Shown here piece by piece: positions 9,282 through 17,378 of a DNA stretch of 35,480 bases. The notes beneath the pieces were generated by a model that made no database searches, was not told the DNA's origin, and saw only the letters and a list, made by a program, of their open reading frames with translations. The stretch covers positions 1-35,480 of the forward strand of contig JBIKTO010000001.1 in the NCBI GenBank assembly GCA_044348065.1, read 5' to 3'. This stretch comes from Cyanobium sp. (GTDB lineage: Bacteria > Cyanobacteriota > Cyanobacteriia > PCC-6307 > Cyanobiaceae). The first letter of the stretch is position 1, and every line of letters begins with the position of its first letter. Both the position numbers and the translations under genes were made by a program.

Positions 9282-11225
9282 GTGGATTCACAAGGGTTTC
9301 CTTTGGCCAGAGCGGTGCCCCCCCTTCTGAGAAGCCTCCGTTTGCGAAGACTCGGCCAGTTCCTGGAACCGTTCACATCCCTCAGCCCAGCCGCACGCCT
9401 GATTCGCCGCAGCGCCCGCCAACAATGGCGGTTGCTGACCGTGAACATCGCCACAAATCTGCTCAGCAGCATCAGCGAGGGCGGCACGCTCGGCGTGATC
9501 TTTCTTGCCGTCAGTCTCATCTCATCGCCGAACCCCGAGCACTGGAGTCGGATCCCTGTCGTGGCACAGGCCATCAGGTTACCTGTACTGGGCAACGCGT
9601 TTCAGGGGGTGATCAACTCGAACAGCGGCCAGGGCATCTTGTTTGTGCTGCTGATTGGATTCGCCCTGGTTCTGCAGGTGATTGTTGCGCTCACCATGTA
9701 TCTCAACTCAGTCAGCGCTGGCATTATCGGCAACCGGCTCAGTGCTCAGATTTCCAGCTTGCTGCATCGTCGCACCCTGTCTTTCTCCTTCAGCTGTGCT
9801 TGTCGCTTCAGGGTTGGCGACCTCCTCAACTACATTCAGACAGGTGGCATTGCAGTCAGCACGCAAATCAGCCTTACCAATACCCTGCTGACCAACCTGA
9901 TTCAGCTGCTGGTTTATCTTATTATTCTCATCGCAATTTCCCCCTGGCTGCTGATTGTTGCAGCCTGCATGGCAGTCTTCATGGGAGCCATCCAACAACA
10001 GATTTTACCCAGGCTACGCCACACATCGGAGGTGATGACCATGGTTGGCGTCGAGATGAGCAGTCGCGTCACCGAGAATATCCAAGGCCTGCGACTGATC
10101 CATAGCTCCGGCGAGCTGAGCAAAGCTTCCCAATCACTCGATGGACTTTTTCAACAATGGCTTCGACACGCCGACAGATTGTCCTTCATCACAAATCTGA
10201 TCACTCCGATATCGACCATATTGCCGATTGCCGCCGTTACTATTATCAGCATTTTCAGCCTGGTTCTACTTCACGACCGCCAGAGCGGCGTCATCCCGAG
10301 CCTGGTGACATTCGTACTGGCCCTGCAAAGAATGAACTCCCGACTCAACACCATCAACACGATTGCAGTCGGCTATGCAAACAATTCTGCCGCTGTCGGC
10401 CGATTAAATGCCATCCTTGATGACAGCGGCAAGCAATTCGTCCGCACAGGAGGAGCCCCCTACAGCAAGTTTGAACGCGAGATAAGACTCGAGAAAGTAA
10501 CGCTGCGCTATGGTCCCGACCTGGCAGCTTCTCTCCATTCCATTGATCTGGTCATCCCGAAGGGACAGACCATTGCCCTCATCGGTCCGAGCGGAGCAGG
10601 CAAGAGCTCCGTGGCTGATTTACTGGTGGGCCTGTACGAACCAACAACAGGATGCATTCGGATCGATGGCCATAATCTTCGTGAGGTCAATCTGGCGAGC
10701 TGGCAACAACGAATTGGAGTTGTAAGCCAGGACACTTTTCTCATGAATACAACGATCGCCGGCAACATTGCCTATGGGCAGCCAGCTGCGACTCGCGAGC
10801 AGATTGAAGCAGCCGCCGTGAGTGCTCAGGCGGCAGGATTCATCGATAATCTTCCCGAAGGCTACGACACCTTAATCGGGGAGCGTGGTTACAGACTCAG
10901 TGGTGGTCAGCGGCAAAGAATTTCTCTGGCCAGAGCGATCCTGCGCAATCCTGATCTCTTGATCCTCGATGAAGCAACCAGTGCCTTGGACACCCAAAGC
11001 GAGCGCTTGGTGCAGCAAGCCATTGAGCGTTTCGAGGGACGAAATACGGTGCTCGTGATTGCTCACCGCTTGAGCACGATCGTGGGAGCTGATCTGATCT
11101 GTGTGATGGATCGTGGCCAGATTATCGAGCGGGGACGCCACGAGGAGCTGATTGCCGCCAATGGCCTATACACTCAGCTTTGGCAATTGCAAGCCGGAGA
11201 AGCACTTGTTGGCAAGCGCGACTAA
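9282..11225 (+). CDS. ABC exporter, fused permease + ATPase (HepA/MsbA/PglK-like)
   Basis: N-terminal TM domain; Walker A GPSGAGKS, Q-loop VSQD, signature LSGGQRQR, Walker B LILDEATSALD, IAHRLST. Start codon not certain. Confidence 0.92.
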   Translation: MDSQGFPLARAVPPLLRSLRLRRLGQFLEPFTSLSPAARLIRRSARQQWRLLTVNIATNLLSSISEGGTLGVIFLAVSLISSPNPEHWSRIPVVAQAIRLPVLGNAFQGVINSNSGQGILFVLLIGFALVLQVIVALTMYLNSVSAGIIGNRLSAQISSLLHRRTLSFSFSCACRFRVGDLLNYIQTGGIAVSTQISLTNTLLTNLIQLLVYLIILIAISPWLLIVAACMAVFMGAIQQQILPRLRHTSEVMTMVGVEMSSRVTENIQGLRLIHSSGELSKASQSLDGLFQQWLRHADRLSFITNLITPISTILPIAAVTIISIFSLVLLHDRQSGVIPSLVTFVLALQRMNSRLNTINTIAVGYANNSAAVGRLNAILDDSGKQFVRTGGAPYSKFEREIRLEKVTLRYGPDLAASLHSIDLVIPKGQTIALIGPSGAGKSSVADLLVGLYEPTTGCIRIDGHNLREVNLASWQQRIGVVSQDTFLMNTTIAGNIAYGQPAATREQIEAAAVSAQAAGFIDNLPEGYDTLIGERGYRLSGGQRQRISLARAILRNPDLLILDEATSALDTQSERLVQQAIERFEGRNTVLVIAHRLSTIVGADLICVMDRGQIIERGRHEELIAANGLYTQLWQLQAGEALVGKRD

Positions 11226-11272
11226 GCCAGTGACAATCTCTTCCCTGTGCCATCATCGCCGGCTTCTTGAAC

Positions 11273-11318
11273 GGCAATCGCATGGGCAACGCCCACGGGC
11301 AATCTCACGGATTGGCAA
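11273..11318 (+). repeat. Degenerate 12-13 bp tandem repeat with GGCAA core
   Basis: GGCAATCGCATG (11273-11284), GGCAACGCCCACG (11285-11297), GGCAATCTCACG (11298-11309) and a fourth GGCAA at 11314. Confidence 0.55.
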
Positions 11319-11341
11319 CACTCTCTATCCAGCTTGGGGCC

Positions 11342-12511
11342 ATGCCCATGCTTGAGAGCCTCGGCCATTGCTTTCGCCATCCCAACGCCCTACTCCCGGG
11401 TGCTCCCTGGGGGATTGTGCGCGATCTGGATGGCTGGTTGCAGGAGAGTCGGCGGCGTGCGCCTGTCCGCTTACGTCCGGGACCCGGCGATGGGGTTTGG
11501 CACCAACACGCTGAGGAGATCCGCTGCTTACCACGGCCGCAAGCAGCGCACCCGAACCATCCATGCCCTGCAATTCCCTGGCGAATTCTTGTAAGCGGAG
11601 CGACGGCGCTTTACCGACTCAGGAAAGCGCGCATTCTCGGTCGCGAAGGGACCGTGATCAGCCCGGATAATCGCGTCATTGAAGCATTCACCTATACCGA
11701 TCAGGACGATGCCCTTGCCAGCCATCCAATTTTCAGGCGTCGGCGTTTCCCGAGGGCCAAACCCCTGGCGGGAACGTACGCAACGATCACCTACCCCTCC
11801 TCCTTCGCCTGGTATCATTGGTTAACGGAATCCCTGCCACGATTGCAATTGATTCAGCCCTGGCTGGAAGCCCTGGATGGGCTTTTCATTCCGGCTGATA
11901 TAGAGCCCCAGTTGCACCAGAGCCTCGAAGCCATGGGTGTTCGGGGCGACCAGCTCATCCCGCTTGGCATTGGTGATCATTATGAACCCGAATACATGCT
12001 TATTCCCCATTATTGTGCAGGCTTGAATATTCCCACGTGGGTTCCTGATTACTTGCAAGAATCCCTGGGGCTGAGCCGTCACGATTCCTCACCACAACAG
12101 CGGAAGATCTACATCAGTCGCACCGATGCCAGCAAACGCAGATTGACGAATGAAAATCAACTCCTGCCCCTGCTGCAAACAGCCGGCTTCGAGATCATCC
12201 GCCTGCGCAACAGCAGCTTTCTCGACCAGGTCAATCTTTTTCATGAAGCGGCTTGGGTGATCGCTCCCCATGGCGCTGGTCTGGCGAATGTTCTTTATTG
12301 CAAGCCCGGCGTGAGGGTGATGGAAATCACTCCTTCTCCCGCCATTGAGCCCCATCTCTTTCATTCCATCACCGCCTGTGTTGATGGGAACTACTGGTGG
12401 CTACCCGGCCGACCAAGCGATCCGCAGATAGGGTGTGATGTGCACGCGGATTTCAGCGTTGATGTCACGCTCTTCGCAGAGGCGCTCCGCCACACGGGGG
12501 CCCTGCCATGA
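11342..12511 (+). CDS. Glycosyltransferase family 61 (DUF563) protein; start ATG 11342 or 11348
   Basis: WYHWLTESLPRL, RKIYISR..ASKRRLTNE, DQVNLFHEAAWVIAPHGAGLANVLYCKPGVRVMEI. Confidence 0.88.
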   Translation: MPMLESLGHCFRHPNALLPGAPWGIVRDLDGWLQESRRRAPVRLRPGPGDGVWHQHAEEIRCLPRPQAAHPNHPCPAIPWRILVSGATALYRLRKARILGREGTVISPDNRVIEAFTYTDQDDALASHPIFRRRRFPRAKPLAGTYATITYPSSFAWYHWLTESLPRLQLIQPWLEALDGLFIPADIEPQLHQSLEAMGVRGDQLIPLGIGDHYEPEYMLIPHYCAGLNIPTWVPDYLQESLGLSRHDSSPQQRKIYISRTDASKRRLTNENQLLPLLQTAGFEIIRLRNSSFLDQVNLFHEAAWVIAPHGAGLANVLYCKPGVRVMEITPSPAIEPHLFHSITACVDGNYWWLPGRPSDPQIGCDVHADFSVDVTLFAEALRHTGALP

Positions 12512-13356
12512 CGTCCGCACCGCTGCCTACGAAGAGGTTCTCGATTGTGATCCCCTCCTTCAACCAGGGGGCCTATCTGGAGGCGTGCCTGGAATCGCTC
12601 CTGCCGCAGATCGGGCGGGACACCGAGCTGATCGTGGTGGACGGTGGCAGCCAGGATCAGTCGATCCAGGTGATTCGACGCCATGCCGCGCAGCTCAGCT
12701 GGTGGTGCTCGGAGCCGGATCAGGGTCAGAGCGATGCCCTCTGCAAAGGCTTCCGCCAGGCCCGGGGGGAATGGCTCGGCTGGATCAACTCTGACGACCT
12801 TCTGCTGCCGGGTGCTCTGGATGTGGTGCGCACCTTTCTGGGCGGTCATCCGGAAGCGGAATGGGTGGTGGGAGGGGGCCGCATGATCGATGCGGCGGGA
12901 ACGTTGCTGCGTCCCTACCCGGGGCCGGAACGACCCCTGCGGGCGGCGGATCTGAGCCCCTGGACCGACACCTGGTTCGGCCAGCCGGGCTGCTTCTTCC
13001 GCCGCTCGCTCTACGAGCGGGCCGGGGGCACCATCGCCCATGACCTGCATTACGCCATGGATCTGGATCTCTGGCTGCGGCTGGGGAAACTGGCGCCCCT
13101 GCTGCCGATTCCCGCGGAATTGGGCGCCTACCGTCTTCACGACGACTCCAAGACCGTGGCCCAGCGCGCACCGATGGAAACCGAAGTGGTGCAGGTGTTA
13201 CTGGAGCAGCTGGGCCCCGCGGCGGCCCTGGAGCGGGTGCGGCTGCTGGCGGAGGATAAGTTCGCGCTGGAGGCCCGCTATCGCCGCCTCACGATCAACC
13301 TGGCCAGTCCCCTGGGCTGGGGGCGCCTGCTGCGCCGACGCCTGCGACGCCGATGA
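12508..13356 (+). CDS. Glycosyltransferase family 2 (WfgS/WcaE-like)
   Basis: FSIVIPSFNQGAYL, VVDGGSQD, SEPDQGQSDAL, WINSDD, HYAMDLDLWLR; ATGA overlap with the upstream gene. Confidence 0.93.
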   Translation: MTSAPLPTKRFSIVIPSFNQGAYLEACLESLLPQIGRDTELIVVDGGSQDQSIQVIRRHAAQLSWWCSEPDQGQSDALCKGFRQARGEWLGWINSDDLLLPGALDVVRTFLGGHPEAEWVVGGGRMIDAAGTLLRPYPGPERPLRAADLSPWTDTWFGQPGCFFRRSLYERAGGTIAHDLHYAMDLDLWLRLGKLAPLLPIPAELGAYRLHDDSKTVAQRAPMETEVVQVLLEQLGPAAALERVRLLAEDKFALEARYRRLTINLASPLGWGRLLRRRLRRR

Positions 13357-14372
13357 CGCCCAGCCCCCCGTCCCCGGCTGAGCGGCGGCTTCGCTTCGTG
13401 CTCAATGCCCATGGCCCCGCCTTTGAGGTGTATGGGCTGCTCCTGGTCGCCAGCCTGCGCCACTGGTGCGGCGATCGGGTGGCCATCCGCGCCTACCGGC
13501 CCACCAACCTGCCGCCCTGCAGCCCGAAGGCCCGGCAATTCCTGGAGCGGCGCCAGGTGGAGATCGTTGACTTCCACAACCCCTGGCTTCCCGATCGACT
13601 CGAGGATCCCCGCTCGGTGCCGAATCGCCATCTCACCTACAACAAGCTCTTCACCCTCCTGGATGTGGAAGCCGGAGAGCAGCGGGTGTTTCTGGATGCC
13701 GACCAGGTGCTGCTGGGCGATCCCACACCCCTGCTGCTGGCCCAGCAAGCTCCCGCCGGCCTGGTGGCGGCGGACACGCCGGAATCGTTTCTGGAGGATT
13801 GGGATGCGCTCTATCGAAGCATGGATCTCGAGCCGACCAGTCGGCGAATTTCCATGTGGAGCACCTATGCATTCGGCAACCAGAGCGAGCCGCCGCGGAT
13901 CGAAACCCATCCCTACTTCTGCTCCGGCCTGGTCTCGGTGACAGCGGAGAGCCGCCTGCCCGAGCAGTGGCTGCAGTACAGCTCGGAACTCGAACGGCGC
14001 ATCGACAGCCTTACACTCAGCTACTTCGTGGATCAGGTTTCGCTGCCGCTCGCCGCAGCGGCCAGCGGGCAGGACTGGGACCTGCTCTCGCCGCGCTGTT
14101 CGGCCACGCCCCATGTGTTCCGCTTCATCCCGGAGCCGCTGTTCTTTCACTACTGGCAATGGCACGCCCTCGCCGCCCAGGCCGCCCGCACGGCCGAGTT
14201 GCATGCGCACCTCAGGCAGATCTGCGGTGAGCTTCAACGCGAAACCGGCCTTGATCTGCGCTTCCAGCTGCTCACCCAGTGGCCTCGCTGGTACGGCCGA
14301 GTGCGGCATCTGGCCAGGGGCCGACTGGAACGCCTGGGGCTGATCGCCGCGAAAGGCACGGGGTTGCGGTAA
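13353..14372 (+). CDS. Putative GT-A fold glycosyltransferase, GT8-like (divergent)
   Basis: ATGA-coupled ORF with ordered motifs YNKL, VFLDADQVLLGD (DxD), YFCSGLV (cf. FNSGV), DQVSL and FFHY, as in GT8-type enzymes. The CDS is solid; the family is tentative. Confidence 0.65.
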   Translation: MTPSPPSPAERRLRFVLNAHGPAFEVYGLLLVASLRHWCGDRVAIRAYRPTNLPPCSPKARQFLERRQVEIVDFHNPWLPDRLEDPRSVPNRHLTYNKLFTLLDVEAGEQRVFLDADQVLLGDPTPLLLAQQAPAGLVAADTPESFLEDWDALYRSMDLEPTSRRISMWSTYAFGNQSEPPRIETHPYFCSGLVSVTAESRLPEQWLQYSSELERRIDSLTLSYFVDQVSLPLAAAASGQDWDLLSPRCSATPHVFRFIPEPLFFHYWQWHALAAQAARTAELHAHLRQICGELQRETGLDLRFQLLTQWPRWYGRVRHLARGRLERLGLIAAKGTGLR

Positions 14373-14389
14373 ATGGTTCCGATGCCGCG

Positions 14390-15550
14390 ATGACAGCCGT
14401 TTTTTTCGATCCCACCTGGCTCGCAAGTGTGGAAGCCCGGGACTGGCAATGCCTCGCCCGCAACCTGCTGACAGCAGGCGATGATCCGGTGCGTGAAGAT
14501 CGGCAGGCGCGGCTGGATTTCTACCGCTGCTGTGAGGTGATTGATCTGGGTGATTCGCTGCGGCTTGTTCCCCTTGAGCAGGCCGAAGCGATCCTGCTGC
14601 CGATCTGCCACCGCGATCAATACTTCGGCACCGGCAGCGCTGCGGCCTTCGCGCGGGCCTGCCGGGCCGCGGATCAGCTCTCCCGTCGCACCGGTCTGCC
14701 CATCGTGGTGGAGGGAATCACCCGCGACCTCACGAACCCAGCCAGGGATCTGCAGCTGCCGCTGAGCAATTACCTCTATCTCAACACCGCCATTGTCGCC
14801 GCCGGCCCCACCGAAAGGGTGCACTCCCACACCTATTGTCTGCCGGATTATCTGGAAAAGTATTGCCAGGGGCGGGTCGACCCGATCGAGGCGGCCGCGG
14901 CTCCCACGGTCAGCTTCTGGGGGGTGTGCGCCCCCTTCGGCCAGCGCTGGTCAAAAACACGGCTTTTTGATTATGGGCGCTATGCCCTCAGCCACCTCGA
15001 TGCCATCGGCCTCGACAGCGAGCGCATCGCTCGCCGCCTGGGAACCAACATGAAACATGCCCACCGCGCCCGCGTCGTACGCAGCATTCAAGCCTGTCCA
15101 AGCCTGGTGTTTGATCTGAGGCTGCGACCGATGGGAGGACTTGTCGATGGTCGCTTCTGGCTCGAATCCGATCAGTCTGAATACCGGCGAGGCTTTTATG
15201 AAAGCCTGCATCGAAGCCTCTACAGCGTCTGCTGTCGCGGTACTGAGAATTACGCGATCCGCTTCTACGAGACCCTCTGCCTGGGCCGGATCCCGGTGGT
15301 TGTGGATACCGATTTGCGCTGGCCGCTGGAGGAGAGTATCGATTATGAAAGGCACTGCCTTATCATTCCCAAATCCAAGGCTGGAAGAGCCGCAGAATTG
15401 ATTCTCGAGCACCATCAACGCCACAGCAATGAGCAGCTGCGCCAGCTGCAGTTCGCCAATCGCCGTCTCTGGGAAACCCAGCTCAGCCCGGCCGCATTCT
15501 ACGGCCAGCTGCAGCCCGTGCTGCGCCGCCTGCGGCAGCCCCGCCCATGA
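14390..15550 (+). CDS. Exostosin-family (GT47) glycosyltransferase-like protein
   Basis: ATG at 14390, in frame with ORF 14279..15550; SLYSVCCRGTENYAIRFYETLCLGRIPVVVDTDLRWPLEESIDY matches the exostosin C-terminal motif. Confidence 0.82.
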   Translation: MTAVFFDPTWLASVEARDWQCLARNLLTAGDDPVREDRQARLDFYRCCEVIDLGDSLRLVPLEQAEAILLPICHRDQYFGTGSAAAFARACRAADQLSRRTGLPIVVEGITRDLTNPARDLQLPLSNYLYLNTAIVAAGPTERVHSHTYCLPDYLEKYCQGRVDPIEAAAAPTVSFWGVCAPFGQRWSKTRLFDYGRYALSHLDAIGLDSERIARRLGTNMKHAHRARVVRSIQACPSLVFDLRLRPMGGLVDGRFWLESDQSEYRRGFYESLHRSLYSVCCRGTENYAIRFYETLCLGRIPVVVDTDLRWPLEESIDYERHCLIIPKSKAGRAAELILEHHQRHSNEQLRQLQFANRRLWETQLSPAAFYGQLQPVLRRLRQPRP

Positions 15551-16473
15551 TCCGGATCTCCGTACTGCTCTGCACCCACAACCCCCATCCGGGCCGACTT
15601 GATCGTTGCTTGCGGGGGCTTGCCGCCCAGACCCTTGATCGCAACCAGTGGGAGCTGCTGGTGATCGACAACGCCAGCAGCCCCCCCCTCAGCCTCGACA
15701 CCTTCCAAGCGGCCGGAGCCACCAGCCTGCGCCTGCTCCAGGAAAGCGAACTCGGGCTCACGCCGGCCCGGCTGGCGGGCATCACCGCGGCCCAGGGCGA
15801 CATCCTGGTGTTCGTCGACGATGACAACGTTCTGGCACCGGACTACCTCCGCCGGGCCCTGGCCTTCCTGGATGCCGAGCCCAGGGTGGGAGCCGCCGGA
15901 GGGGTGCTGGAGGGTGAGTTTGAGGTGCCACCGCCGCGCTGGCTGCTGCCCCATCTCAACCTCCTGGGCATCCGCAACTTCGGCGAGCGACCGATCCAGG
16001 CCCTGATCTACAACCAGGTGGGCCCCTGGGAACCGATCGGAGCGGGCATGGTGATCCGCCGCAGCGTCGCTCGCCACTACACCCGGGTCGCCGCCGATCC
16101 GCGCCGGCGCTGCCTCGATCGCCGCGGCCAGGCTCTGGCCAGCTGTGGCGATACGGACATGGCCCGCTGCGCCCCGGAGCTGGGCCTGGCCCTGGCCTAT
16201 GAACCGAGCCTGCGGCTGCTGCACCTGATGCCGGCGGCACGGGTGCGCTATGGCTACATCCTGCGGCTGGTGCATGGCATCAAACGCAGCGGCATCCTGT
16301 TGGATCGCATCCGCACGGGCGAACCCTCCCAGCTGGGCCATCCCCTGGAGGTGGGCCGCCAGTTCCTGATCCGGGGCCTGCGACTCTTCACCCCGGATCC
16401 CCGTCAGTGGCTGCTCAGCCTGGCGGCGCTGCGCGGCGAGATCCAGGCGCGGCGCGTGAGGCTGGAGGGATGA
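15547..16473 (+). CDS. Glycosyltransferase family 2 (HpsE-like by recollection)
   Basis: ISVLLCTHN, WELLVIDNAS, GLTPARLAG, VFVDDDN, PIGAGMVIRR; ATGA overlap. Confidence 0.92.
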   Translation: MIRISVLLCTHNPHPGRLDRCLRGLAAQTLDRNQWELLVIDNASSPPLSLDTFQAAGATSLRLLQESELGLTPARLAGITAAQGDILVFVDDDNVLAPDYLRRALAFLDAEPRVGAAGGVLEGEFEVPPPRWLLPHLNLLGIRNFGERPIQALIYNQVGPWEPIGAGMVIRRSVARHYTRVAADPRRRCLDRRGQALASCGDTDMARCAPELGLALAYEPSLRLLHLMPAARVRYGYILRLVHGIKRSGILLDRIRTGEPSQLGHPLEVGRQFLIRGLRLFTPDPRQWLLSLAALRGEIQARRVRLEG

Positions 16474-17378
16474 CGGAGCCCCTGCCACGGATCACTCTCG
16501 TCACCCCGTCCTTTCAACAGGGTCGCTTCCTGGCGGAGACGATCGAATCGGTACTCGATCAGCGCTATCCCAATCTGCAGTACATCGTCGTCGACGGCGG
16601 CAGCCGCGACGACTCGGTGGCGGTGATCCAGCGCTACGCCGCCCATCTCGACTGGTGGGTGAGCGAACCCGACCAGGGCCAGAGCGACGCCCTGCGCAAA
16701 GGGTTCGCCCGGGCCGATGGCGTGCTGATGAATTGGCTCAATTCCGACGATCTGCTGCGACCGGGCGCCCTGCACGCCGTGGCGGAGCGCTGGCTGGCCA
16801 GCGGCGCTGATCTGATCCTCGGCGAAGACCTCCCCTTCACCGACAACCCGGCCCGACCGGTGGGCCATTTCCGCCCCGGGGGCCAGCGCTGGCCGGACTG
16901 TCTGCGGTTCTGGCGGGAAGACTTCCTCTACCACCAACCCTGCAGCTTCTTTTCCGCCCGGGCCTGGAGAGCCAGCGGCGGTCTGGATGCCTCCCTGCAC
17001 TACGTGATGGATTACGACCTTTACTGCCGCATCCTGGCCCTGCCGGACTGCCGGATCGAGATTCTGGAGCGTCCCCTGAGCGCCTTCCGTCTGCATGCCG
17101 ACGCCAAGACCAGCGCCCAGCGGCCCCGTTTCCTGGAGGAGCAAGCCCGGGTGTCGCGGCGCTACTGGCAGGCGGGCGGCCTGGATCCGGCGCGCTGCGA
17201 GCGGGAGCTGCGGGCCTACAGCGCCCGCTGCCGTTTTCACCAGGGCATCGAAGCGCTGCGCCAGCGGCGTCTGGGGGAGGGCATGCAACGGCTGGGGCAG
17301 GGCCTGGTGGGCTCGCCGCTCGCCTTCCTCCGCCATGCCGCCTCGCGCCTGCCGGGTGGAACCGGAGGTTCGGCGTGA
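16470..17378 (+). CDS. Glycosyltransferase family 2, paralogue of 12508..13356
   Basis: ATG at 16470 (ATGA overlap, GGAGG upstream); ITLVTPSFQQG, VVDGGSRD, SEPDQGQSDAL, WLNSDD, HYVMDYDL. Confidence 0.93.
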   Translation: MTEPLPRITLVTPSFQQGRFLAETIESVLDQRYPNLQYIVVDGGSRDDSVAVIQRYAAHLDWWVSEPDQGQSDALRKGFARADGVLMNWLNSDDLLRPGALHAVAERWLASGADLILGEDLPFTDNPARPVGHFRPGGQRWPDCLRFWREDFLYHQPCSFFSARAWRASGGLDASLHYVMDYDLYCRILALPDCRIEILERPLSAFRLHADAKTSAQRPRFLEEQARVSRRYWQAGGLDPARCERELRAYSARCRFHQGIEALRQRRLGEGMQRLGQGLVGSPLAFLRHAASRLPGGTGGSA

